A DNA stretch of 46,464 bases from an uncultured Dehalococcoidales bacterium (GCA_964345725.1 CAYFSE010000225.1:1-46464), one strand, 5' to 3'. Numbered from the stretch's first letter, positions 26,852-35,085 are shown. Numbers and translations are program-made. Notes: a model not told the origin generated them from the sequence alone.

Positions 26852-28069
26852 TTGTCGTATGCTATAGGCTTGCGCTGTCGAAAGTGCGGGCGCGAGTATC
26901 CGTTGGAGGCCCTGAGTTTATGTGACTTTTGTTTCAGTCCGTTGGAGGTGAGTTACGACTACACGTCTATAGCCAAAGCGCTAAGCCGGGAGAAGATTAT
27001 CAATGGGCCGCCAAACATGTGGCGATACAGAGACCTGTTGCCTGTAGACGGCGACGTAGTGGACATCGGGACGGGATTCACTTCCCTTATTAAGGCTGAT
27101 AATCTGGGGCAGGAACTGGGGTTGGACGAGCTCTACATCAAAAACGACTGTCTTAACCCAACATATTCCTTCAAGGATCGGGTGGTCTCGGTAGCTATCA
27201 CTAAGGCAAGGGACTTTGGATTCGATACGGTGGCTTGTGCCTCAACGGGCAATTTGGCAGCTAGTGTGGCGGCTCATGCTGCCAAAGCAAACATGAAGTC
27301 TTACGTTTTTGTGCCTTTTGATGTGGAACCAGGTAAGCTGATAGGGATCGCAATCTATGACCCGGTTCTGGTTACAGTCAAGGGAAGCTACGACGATGTC
27401 AACCGCCTCTGTAGCCAGTTAGCGCAGAGGTATAATTGGGGGTTTATCAACATTAACCTCCGACCTTACTACGCCGAGGGAAGCAAAACTCTGGGTTATG
27501 AAGTAGCTGAGCAACTGGGGTGGCTTGCTCCTGATTGTGTAGTGGCTCCCGCTGCCTCAGGGTTGCTGTTTACCAGGATATGGAAAAGCCTGGACGAACT
27601 TTCTATGCTTGGTTTGATTCAACCGGTCAATACTCACATGTATGTTACTCAAGCTGCAGGGTCTTCCCCAATTGTCAATGCCTTTCAGGCAGGTATTCTG
27701 CAGGTACACCCAGTGAAACCAAATACCATCGCCAGGTCCATAGCCGTCGGGAACCCGGCTGATGGTTATTATGCGTTGAGAGTTGCCCGTCAATCAGGGG
27801 GCGGTGCCTGTGCTGTCAGCGATCAGGAAGTGGTTGAAGGGATGGAGCTGCTGGCTGAGTCTGAAGGCATTTTTGCCGAGACAGCTGGAGGTGTAGTAAT
27901 AGCGGGGTTGAGGAAGCTAGTGACCTCGGGGATAATTAAAAGGGATGAGCTTACGGTCGCTTTCATCACCGGAGCAGGATTGAAAACCCAGGAAGTGATG
28001 GCTAAGAAGGTTCATCCCATCGTAATCCAACCTACCCTGGAATCCTTCCAGGAAGTCATTGGCCAGTGA
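26852..28069 (+). CDS. Threonine synthase-family PLP enzyme with an N-terminal zinc ribbon (either ThrC proper or a MetM-like O-phosphohomoserine sulfhydrylase)
   Basis: LRCRKCGREY...LCDFCFSPLEV zinc ribbon and FKDR PLP-lysine motif (SFKDRVVS). The overall length and layout match archaeal-type ThrC. Confidence 0.8.
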   Translation: MSYAIGLRCRKCGREYPLEALSLCDFCFSPLEVSYDYTSIAKALSREKIINGPPNMWRYRDLLPVDGDVVDIGTGFTSLIKADNLGQELGLDELYIKNDCLNPTYSFKDRVVSVAITKARDFGFDTVACASTGNLAASVAAHAAKANMKSYVFVPFDVEPGKLIGIAIYDPVLVTVKGSYDDVNRLCSQLAQRYNWGFININLRPYYAEGSKTLGYEVAEQLGWLAPDCVVAPAASGLLFTRIWKSLDELSMLGLIQPVNTHMYVTQAAGSSPIVNAFQAGILQVHPVKPNTIARSIAVGNPADGYYALRVARQSGGGACAVSDQEVVEGMELLAESEGIFAETAGGVVIAGLRKLVTSGIIKRDELTVAFITGAGLKTQEVMAKKVHPIVIQPTLESFQEVIGQ

Positions 28070-28133
28070 CTTCGGGGCTTTAATACTCTACCGTGCTATA
28101 ATTTCAACTCTAGAGAAATATCGGGAGGACAAC

Positions 28134-28376
28134 ATGATCAAGCGAGCAGTGAAGTTCACATTTCCACCCCAATTGATTAAGGAGCCCATCATTTACAACC
28201 TCGGTCAGCAGTTCAAGGTAGTGACTAATATCCGTCGCGCTGATGTAAATGGAGACAAGGGCTGGGTAGTTCTTGAGTTGGAGGGGGAAGGAGAAGATAT
28301 CGAGCGTGGAATTGCTTGGGTGACTGGCAAAGGCGTAAGGGTTGATTCTGTCATCGGAGATATTGTAGAAGGCTAG
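28134..28376 (+). CDS. Stand-alone NIL-domain protein (80 aa)
   Basis: A GGGAGGA SD precedes the start. MIKRAVKFTFPPQLIKEPIIYNL...WVVLELEGEGEDIERG aligns with the NIL half of ORF 9263-9673. Its stop abuts the nifS ATG. Confidence 0.75.
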   Translation: MIKRAVKFTFPPQLIKEPIIYNLGQQFKVVTNIRRADVNGDKGWVVLELEGEGEDIERGIAWVTGKGVRVDSVIGDIVEG

Positions 28377-29537
28377 ATGCGAAGAATATACCTGGATCAC
28401 GCTGCCACCACGCCAACTCATCCTGAGGTGGTCGAAGCGATGCTGCCCTATTTCACAGACGGCTTCGGCAACCCTTCGAGCATCTATTCCTACGGGCAGG
28501 AAGCGAAGGGAGCCATAGAACAAGCCAGAACCAGGGTGGCGGAACTCATCGGCGCCCGGACCGAGGAGATCATTTTTACCAGCGGAGGAACGGAGGCTGA
28601 TAATTTCGCCCTGAAAGGCGTTGCCCATGCTAACGAGCACAAAGGAAATCACATCATCACCACCTCGATAGAACACCATGCAGTGATGGAGGCAGGCAAG
28701 TCTCTGGAGAAAAGGGGACTCAGGATGACCTACCTGCCGGTGGATGAATATGGTCTGGTTAACCCTGATGATGTCAAAAGAGCTATTACCGAGAAAACCA
28801 TCCTTATCTCGGTCATGCATGCTAACAATGAGGTAGGCACTATAGAGCCTGTGGCAGAAGTAGGCGAAATTGCTCACGAGGCCGGGATTTATTTTCACAC
28901 CGATGCTGTGCAAGCGGTGGGGCATATCCCGGTGAACGTGGATAAACTTAACGTGGACTTGCTCTCCATCTCAGGCCATAAGTTCTACGGACCCAAAGGG
29001 GTTGGGGCGCTGTATGTCAGGAAAGGCACCAAGCTAGTGTCCTTTATGCACGGAGGGGGGCAAGAGAGGAGACGCAGGGCTGGTACGGAGAACGTCCCCG
29101 CCATCGTGGGGCTGGGCAAAGCGGCGGCGCTTGCCGCGCAGGAGGTGGGCAAGGAAGCGGAACGGCTGGCTCGTCTTCGGGACAAGCTGATCAAAGGTCT
29201 CATGGAGCGCATTGACCACATCCGCTTGAATGGTCACCCCACGAAAAGGCTGCCCAACAATGTCAATGTAAGCGTTGATTTTGTGGAAGGCGAATCCATG
29301 CTCTTAAATCTTGATTTAGAGGGCATCTGTGCTTCTACCGGCTCAGCCTGTAGCTCGGCGAGTCTCGAGCCATCCCATGTCCTTCTAGCGCTGGGGCTTT
29401 CCCCCGAGCAGGCTCATGGCTCGCTCAGGTTCACCGCGGGGCGAGAAAACACCGAGGCAGACGTAGAGCGGGTGCTTGATGTCCTGCCAGGTATTGTCGC
29501 CAAGTTGAGAGCTATGTCCCCACTTTTGAGAGGATAG
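28377..29537 (+). CDS. nifS: Cysteine desulfurase (NifS/IscS class)
   Basis: [20 protein letters not shown] (PLP lysine) and the STGSACSS active-site Cys loop. Confidence 0.92.
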   Translation: MRRIYLDHAATTPTHPEVVEAMLPYFTDGFGNPSSIYSYGQEAKGAIEQARTRVAELIGARTEEIIFTSGGTEADNFALKGVAHANEHKGNHIITTSIEHHAVMEAGKSLEKRGLRMTYLPVDEYGLVNPDDVKRAITEKTILISVMHANNEVGTIEPVAEVGEIAHEAGIYFHTDAVQAVGHIPVNVDKLNVDLLSISGHKFYGPKGVGALYVRKGTKLVSFMHGGGQERRRRAGTENVPAIVGLGKAAALAAQEVGKEAERLARLRDKLIKGLMERIDHIRLNGHPTKRLPNNVNVSVDFVEGESMLLNLDLEGICASTGSACSSASLEPSHVLLALGLSPEQAHGSLRFTAGRENTEADVERVLDVLPGIVAKLRAMSPLLRG

Positions 29538-29600
29538 GCTAGCATAAGAAGGGAGAAGTTCTTAATATGGAACTTAGACGTCTTTGAAAGGAGACCTTGA

Positions 29601-30209
29601 GTGACGCTAAAGAGACGAGTCAGACAAAAGATATTGCTAGGTACGGGATTTCTCCTTATTCTGTGCCTTGCGACAATACTGGTAGCCTGTACTAGCCGCA
29701 GTGAAGAACCCGACCCAACCGAGCAGATTTGGAATGAACTTATTCCCCAGGAGGGAACAGTGACCAGTTACGGGATCCCTTTATCGCTTGAGAACACGCG
29801 ACAGTTCATTGATTGGCATAATTCCATGGAGCTGTCTGCCGAAGAACAATCGATCCGAGATGAGGCGTTGAGTTCACAGGTGGCCCCATGTTGTGATGAG
29901 TACCCGATGAGCACATGCTGCTGTGAATGCAACCTCGCCCGCAGCGTATGGGGACTATCGGCTTATCTAATCACTGAGAAGGGTTACGGAGTGGACCTAG
30001 TTCAGGAATCGGCCTCACAGTGGCTCCATTTCATTCGCCCTGACTACTATGTAGGAAGGGCGCTCGAGGATGAAGGAATCGACCCAGAACGGTGGGGGTT
30101 CACAACAGGAAGCTCGTGCTTTGGGGGCGACTGTGACCGTCCGTTCTACACCGAGACGTCATCTGGTCACCTCGGTGGTTGCGGGGGCATGAATGAGCTC
30201 ATCTTTTGA
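29601..30209 (+). CDS. Cys-rich lipoprotein of unknown function (PCC-x9-CCCEC motif)
   Basis: GTG start after an AAGGAG SD. Signal/lipobox ILVAC. The product contains APCCDEYPMSTCCCECNLARSVWGL, later CFGGDC and GGCGG. Confidence 0.65.
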   Translation: MTLKRRVRQKILLGTGFLLILCLATILVACTSRSEEPDPTEQIWNELIPQEGTVTSYGIPLSLENTRQFIDWHNSMELSAEEQSIRDEALSSQVAPCCDEYPMSTCCCECNLARSVWGLSAYLITEKGYGVDLVQESASQWLHFIRPDYYVGRALEDEGIDPERWGFTTGSSCFGGDCDRPFYTETSSGHLGGCGGMNELIF

Positions 30210-30249
30210 AGAGTAACGAGTAACAAATAGATCAATATTGGAGCAACTA

Positions 30250-30474
30250 ATGTTGTGCAAATGTCCCGGAGCAGCCCATGTACGAACACCAACAATAATA
30301 ACCAAGAAATGCCCTGAATGTGGCAGAGAAGTCGAGCTTTTCTCCAATGCTATGCAAGTAAGATGCAGCAATTGTGGCTTTACCCTTTACAATGATCTAG
30401 AGTCCTGCGTGCAGTGGTGCAAGTATGCCAGAGAATGTGTCGGGGAAGAGCTTTACAACAAGCTGAAAAGATAG
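30250..30474 (+). CDS. Small Cys-rich zinc-ribbon protein
   Basis: 74 aa containing CKCPG, CPECG, CSNCG and CVQWCKYAREC. Confidence 0.6.
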   Translation: MLCKCPGAAHVRTPTIITKKCPECGREVELFSNAMQVRCSNCGFTLYNDLESCVQWCKYARECVGEELYNKLKR

Positions 30475-30488
30475 AGAAGGGTGAATAG

Positions 30489-31262
30489 ATGGCAAAAACA
30501 AGAAGAAGCAGCATCAAGATTGATGAGGAGAAATGCGACGGATGTGGACTTTGCATTCCGTCCTGTCCTGAAGGAGCCCTTCAGATTGTTGACGGCAAAG
30601 CTAAGCTAGTAAAAGAGAGTTTCTGCGATGGACTGGGGGCATGTCTTGGTGAGTGTCCGCAGGGGGCGCTGGCTATCGAGGAAAAGGAAATCGAGGAATA
30701 TGATGAGGAGGGTGTAATAGCACACATTAAGGAGAAATCGCCAGAGCTTCTAGAAAGACACTTGAAGCATATCAAAGAGCATGCACACGAACTTCCTGGT
30801 CACCATTCCCACACTGGAATAAGCTCTTGTCCTTCTGCCCAGATCCTGCATTGGGAAAGGAGAGAGGAAGTCAAACCCGAAGCAAGGACTAGCTCTGAAC
30901 TCCGCCAATGGCCGATACAGCTTCATCTGGTGCCACCAAATGCTCCGTATTTCCAGAACGCGGATTTAGTGCTGGTGGCTGATTGTGTTCCTTTCGCCTA
31001 CGCTGATTTCCACCCTGATTTTCTAAAAGGGAAGGCAATTGCCATTGGTTGCCCTAAGCTTGATGACATTAATGCCTATGTGAGCAAGGTTACCCAGATA
31101 CTGGAAAGTTCAGACATCAAGAGTGTGAAAGTTGTGCATATGGAAGTCCCCTGCTGCCATGGCCTGGTTCACATCGCCCGGGAGGCTCTAAGCAGAAGCG
31201 GGAAGGATATTCCCCTTGAGACGGTTGTGATAGGAATAAAGGGTGAAACAAAAAATGCCTGA
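30489..31262 (+). CDS. 2x[4Fe-4S] ferredoxin-domain protein with a conserved Cys-containing C-terminal domain of unknown function
   Basis: CDGCGLCIPSCP and CDGLGACLGECP cluster motifs. The C-terminal part contains ADCVPFAY, GCPKLDD and EVPCCHGL. Confidence 0.8.
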   Translation: MAKTRRSSIKIDEEKCDGCGLCIPSCPEGALQIVDGKAKLVKESFCDGLGACLGECPQGALAIEEKEIEEYDEEGVIAHIKEKSPELLERHLKHIKEHAHELPGHHSHTGISSCPSAQILHWERREEVKPEARTSSELRQWPIQLHLVPPNAPYFQNADLVLVADCVPFAYADFHPDFLKGKAIAIGCPKLDDINAYVSKVTQILESSDIKSVKVVHMEVPCCHGLVHIAREALSRSGKDIPLETVVIGIKGETKNA

Positions 31263-31677
31263 TGTCTGGTCACAATACAGCAAGAAAGTCATGGAGCACT
31301 TCAAGAATCCGCGCAACGTCGGGGAGATAGAGAACCCCGATGGCATCGGACATGTGGGGAATCCTGTTTGCGGCGATATTATGGAGCTCTACATTAAGGT
31401 AGAGGACGGGATTATCATTGACGCCAAGTTCAAGACTTTTGGCTGTGGAGCCGCCATTGCTACCAGTTCCATGGTCACTGAGATAGTGAAGGGGAAAAGC
31501 ATAGAAGAGGCCCTGAGAATCTCCAACAAAACAGTTGCTGAAGCTCTGGATGGCCTGCCGGCGCTCAAGATGCACTGCTCGGTCCTCGCCGAAGATGCGC
31601 TTAAACTGGCTATCGAGGATTATTTCAACAAATCTAAGAAGCGGGAAGATAGCAGTAGCAGTGAATCAGCTTCCTGA
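31255..31677 (+). CDS. iscU: Fe-S cluster assembly scaffold (IscU/NifU N-terminal type)
   Basis: NPRNVG, GNPVCGDIMELYI, FGCGAAIATSS and LKMHCSVLAEDA provide the three ligand Cys residues. Confidence 0.9.
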   Translation: MPDVWSQYSKKVMEHFKNPRNVGEIENPDGIGHVGNPVCGDIMELYIKVEDGIIIDAKFKTFGCGAAIATSSMVTEIVKGKSIEEALRISNKTVAEALDGLPALKMHCSVLAEDALKLAIEDYFNKSKKREDSSSSESAS

Positions 31678-32734
31678 GATTGGGAAGATCTCCCCGAGAA
31701 TCTTTAGCGAATTGATATATCCTCGCTTGGGGGCGAAAAGCCAAGCCGTGTTGGTGGGACCTCAGCACGGAGTGGATGTGGGGATAGTCGAGATTGGGGA
31801 CAAAGCAGTAGCCCTGACCACAGATCCTGTGTTTATCGTTCCTGAATATGGCTGGGGAAGAGCTGCCTGGTTTGCTATTCATATCCTTGTTTCCGATGCT
31901 GTCACCTCCGCACTCACGCCCAAATTTCTGTCAATAGATTTGAACCTGCCAATGGAGATGACCAGGGAACAACTGGAGATAGTATGGGATACCATGCATC
32001 GCGAATGTGAGAAATTGGGGATATCGGTTGTATGCGGTCACACCGCTAGATACGAAAATTGCCACTATCCCATGGTAGGGGGCGCCACGGTAATCAGTGT
32101 CGGAAGGAAAGATGAATATGTTGCCCCGAAATTGGCTAGGACTGGCGATAAGATAATCATCACTAAGGGACCCGCCATTGAGGCGACGGGTATACTTGCT
32201 GCCACGTTTCCTAAACTCATTGAAGAGAACTTTGGTCTTGAGTTTAGCCGGAGGGCAGAAAGAATATTCTGTAAAATGTCGGTAGTGGAAGATGCCTTAA
32301 CAGCAGTTAATGTGGGGGTGAGGGAACAAGGTGTTAGTGCTATGCACGATGCTACTGAATGTGGCGTGTGGGGGGGTCTATTTGAACTCTCGCAGGCTGC
32401 CAATTTGGGGATCAGAATAGAAAAAGAGCGCATTGTGCTTGAAGACTGTGTAAAAGAGATATGTAACCTTTTTGATATCGATCCCTATGCCTCTATCAGT
32501 GAGGGGACGTTAATTATCTGCTGCCGGGAACACAAGGCAGAGGAGATAGTGGAGGCTTTGTCTGGAAAAGGAATCTCGTCCTCGATCGTCGGTGAGTTAA
32601 CAAATCCCAAACATGGGATGATTTTGGTGGAAGAGGGAAAAGAGAAGAAGCTAGAGCACCCCTTGGTCGATCCCTTCTGGGGTGCTTTCTATAGTACCAT
32701 TAAGAAACATAAACCGCAGGAAATGAAAGAGTGA
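31661..32734 (+). CDS. PurM-superfamily (AIR synthase-related / HypE-ThiL-SelD-like) ATP-dependent enzyme of unknown substrate
   Basis: GVDVGIVEIGDKAVALTTDP, HILVSDAVTSAL and VCGHTARY motifs. I placed the start at GTG 31661, which overlaps the iscU end. The ORF track starts at 31535, inside iscU. Confidence 0.75.
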   Translation: MNQLPEIGKISPRIFSELIYPRLGAKSQAVLVGPQHGVDVGIVEIGDKAVALTTDPVFIVPEYGWGRAAWFAIHILVSDAVTSALTPKFLSIDLNLPMEMTREQLEIVWDTMHRECEKLGISVVCGHTARYENCHYPMVGGATVISVGRKDEYVAPKLARTGDKIIITKGPAIEATGILAATFPKLIEENFGLEFSRRAERIFCKMSVVEDALTAVNVGVREQGVSAMHDATECGVWGGLFELSQAANLGIRIEKERIVLEDCVKEICNLFDIDPYASISEGTLIICCREHKAEEIVEALSGKGISSSIVGELTNPKHGMILVEEGKEKKLEHPLVDPFWGAFYSTIKKHKPQEMKE

Positions 32735-32747
32735 ACGCGGAAAAGAA

Positions 32748-33887
32748 ATGATAAGCCTTAGCCGAGTTGTTCCTTCGATCGGTCTTCCCCCAAGATCTGC
32801 CCAACCAGGATGCAAGGTGGCAGTGGCTATGAGTGGCGGCGTGGATTCAGCGGTCGCTGCTGCTCTGCTTAAAGAGCAAGGCTACCAGGTGAGTGGGATA
32901 ACTATGAGGATAGGGGGCGGAGAGGTTTTCTCACGAGAAGGGAGGCGACATGGTTGTTACGGACCGGGTGAGGACAATGACATAGAGGACGCCTACAGAG
33001 TAGCCCAAACTCTAGGGATCCCTTTCTCTGTTCTAGACCTGAGTCAGGAGTTCAAGGAGGAGGTCCTGGATTACTTTTGCCATGAGTACTTATTGGGAAG
33101 AACGCCTAATCCATGCGTTAAGTGTAATCGCCAAGTTAAGTTTGATGCTCTGCTCAAAAAGGCCAGAGATAGTGGGGTCAACTTTGATTATTTCGCCACT
33201 GGTCATTACGCTCGAGTTGGATACGATGAGAAGCAGCGCCGTCACTTGCTCAAAAAGGCTAAAGACTTGCGGAAAGATCAGTCTTATTTCCTTTTCTCGC
33301 TCTCCCAGGAACAGCTTGGTTACTTCCTTTCCCCTCTGGGCGACTACATCAAGGAAGAAGTAAGAAAGATAGCTTCTAATTCTGGGCTTGATGTTAATGA
33401 CAAGCCGGAAAGTCAGGACTTCATCGCTGGAGACTACACCTCCCTTGTGAAAGCCGTAGGGCAGTCGGGACCAATACTAGACAAGCAGGGGAATATTCTT
33501 GGGCAACACCGGGGAATTCCGTTTTACACCATTGGACAGCGCAGAGGACTGGGGGTATCAGCGGGAGAGCGGTTATATGTAATCGCTATTGAGCAAGAAA
33601 GGAATGCCATTGTAGTGGGCACCAAGAAGGAGGTGTACGGGGACGAGCTTGTAGCTTCGGAGCTAAATTGGATAGCCATGGAGCGGTTGTGGCAACCCGT
33701 AGAGGTAAAAGCGAAGATAAGGTATCTTCATGAGGAGGCTGAAGCTGAGATAACCCCCCTGCATGGCGGTAAAGTGCATCTAAGATTTAGAGAACCACAG
33801 ATGGCAATCACCCCAGGACAGGCGGTAGTTTTCTACGATGGGGATGTGGTGCTGGGTGGCGGAAAAATAGAAGGGACGACAAGGTGA
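32748..33887 (+). CDS. mnmA: tRNA-specific 2-thiouridylase
   Basis: PP-loop VAVAMSGGVDSAVAA, plus NPCVKCN and KDQSYFLF motifs. Confidence 0.9.
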   Translation: MISLSRVVPSIGLPPRSAQPGCKVAVAMSGGVDSAVAAALLKEQGYQVSGITMRIGGGEVFSREGRRHGCYGPGEDNDIEDAYRVAQTLGIPFSVLDLSQEFKEEVLDYFCHEYLLGRTPNPCVKCNRQVKFDALLKKARDSGVNFDYFATGHYARVGYDEKQRRHLLKKAKDLRKDQSYFLFSLSQEQLGYFLSPLGDYIKEEVRKIASNSGLDVNDKPESQDFIAGDYTSLVKAVGQSGPILDKQGNILGQHRGIPFYTIGQRRGLGVSAGERLYVIAIEQERNAIVVGTKKEVYGDELVASELNWIAMERLWQPVEVKAKIRYLHEEAEAEITPLHGGKVHLRFREPQMAITPGQAVVFYDGDVVLGGGKIEGTTR

Positions 33888-34177
33888 CCGGTAGACGAAG
33901 AGGCAATCAGGATGGGAGCAGAGCCAGTGTGGATGCACGAAGGGGTGATAAACGAAGTGGCAGCCCCTCGGGCTAGCGAGGCCGGACTGTCTGTTGTTAC
34001 GGCTGTGTGTACGCTCAAGAAACGCCGGGGACTGAAGAAACGGCGCCAGCGCCAGGATTTGACATAAACCCAAAGTACACATCCTGCTCTGTTTTCTTGA
34101 TATTTCATGTAATCTGTTAGTTATCTCAAGCGTTATTGTATTCAGGCTTTGTTGACTTTATGGACTGCATGAAGTGT

Positions 34178-34202
34178 GATTCATATAAATGGAGATTCAT
34201 AT
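34178..34202 (+). promoter_or_regulatory. Candidate ArsR operator: two direct GATTCATAT boxes spanning the arsR start
   Basis: GATTCATAT occurs at 34178-34186 and 34194-34202. TCATAT...ATATGA also forms an inverted pair. Confidence 0.3.
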
Positions 34203-34545
34203 GACCATAGCTGAAAACCAGGCAAGGTTCTTGAAGTGCATTAGGGAGCCGACGAGACTCCGGATACTCAAGCTGCTGGCTGAAGAAGGTGAGAGGTGCG
34301 TTGGTGAACTCGTCAGCGCTCTAAATAAGGAACAATCCCTGATCTCGCATCACCTGAGGGCTCTTAAGGAATGTAATATTATGAAAGAGAGGCAGGAAGC
34401 TCGAAAGGTTTACTATAGGCTTGCGAACGCTGGACTAGCCAGGCTAGTTATTGATTGTGAGGCTCTAATCGAAGAGCTATCGCTATGCAAATGTCCAGAG
34501 TTGAATTATGAAGGAAAAGCAAATCAAAAAAGTGGCAAAAGGTAG
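34189..34545 (+). CDS. arsR: ArsR/SmtB-family transcriptional regulator
   Basis: EPTRLRILKLLAEEGERCVGELVSALNKEQSLISHHLRALKE is a wHTH with the family signature. Confidence 0.85.
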   Translation: MEIHMTIAENQARFLKCIREPTRLRILKLLAEEGERCVGELVSALNKEQSLISHHLRALKECNIMKERQEARKVYYRLANAGLARLVIDCEALIEELSLCKCPELNYEGKANQKSGKR

Positions 34546-34910
34546 GTATGCTTAGCTGGCAAAGCAAGACCAGAAGAGCTGCTGCCCAAGCTGTGGCTGC
34601 GATTATCAGCAACTCCCTCATCAACCTGTCACCTGATAAATCCAAAGTTCTCCGAGAAGCTCACCGAGCCCTGATGCCCGACGGAAGGCTCACGGTTTCT
34701 GACATTGTCTCGGAAGGAGTAATACCCGATCAGATAAAGAGTGACCCTAATGCCTGGGAGGGCTGTATAACGGGAGCCTTGGAACAGCAGGAATACGGGA
34801 CAAGAATAAAAGAAGCTGGCTCTAACAGGGTACAGGCGCTGTCCAGCAAGGAGTTCTATCTGGAAGGCGCGGGGAGCCGTAACCGAAGAACCTTCCTAGC
34901 ATCACCGTAA
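34508..34910 (+). pseudogene. arsM: Decayed arsenite S-adenosylmethionine methyltransferase (ArsM) gene
   Basis: Frame A reads MKEKQIKKVAKGRYA*LAKQDQKSCCPSCGCD, an ArsM-type N-terminus with a stop. Frame A+1 reads AIISNSLINLSPDKSKVLREAHRALMPDGRLTVSDIV..., the ArsM C-terminal half. The SAM-binding core between them is missing. Confidence 0.7.
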
Positions 34911-35004
34911 GGGCATGTAAGCGAAAAATGTGAGACGCTTCGCCATAGCTTTCTCAGCTTGACTATCTACGAGCGCAGCATTTAGGAATTTGTTGCCTCT
35001 CTAG

Positions 35005-35077
35005 CTACCTTGACATGAAAGAGTTTTGTAGGTAGAGTATATGCGGATATTTAAATATAAGGATAAGCCTACCTACG
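35005..35077 (+). promoter_or_regulatory. Promoter plus palindromic operator candidate upstream of the second arsR
   Basis: TTGACA (35010-35015), a 17-nt spacer, then TAGAGT (35033-35038). A perfect 12-bp palindrome ATATTTAAATAT lies at 35047-35058. CTACCT/AGGTAG/CTACCT inverted repeats flank it. Confidence 0.45.
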
Positions 35078-35085
35078 GGATAGCA

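Noticed and set aside
28110-28925. A 271-aa ORF on the minus strand.
   Set aside because: It lies entirely antisense to the NIL and nifS genes, whose plus-strand frames carry unmistakable family motifs. The antisense product has no recognisable motif and is a typical shadow ORF.
33911-34066. A 51-codon plus-strand ORF (MGAEPVWMHEGV...LKKRRGLKKRRQRQDLT) in the mnmA-arsR gap.
   Set aside because: It has only a weak SD and no motif. The very basic tail could be chance, so there is not enough support to call a gene.
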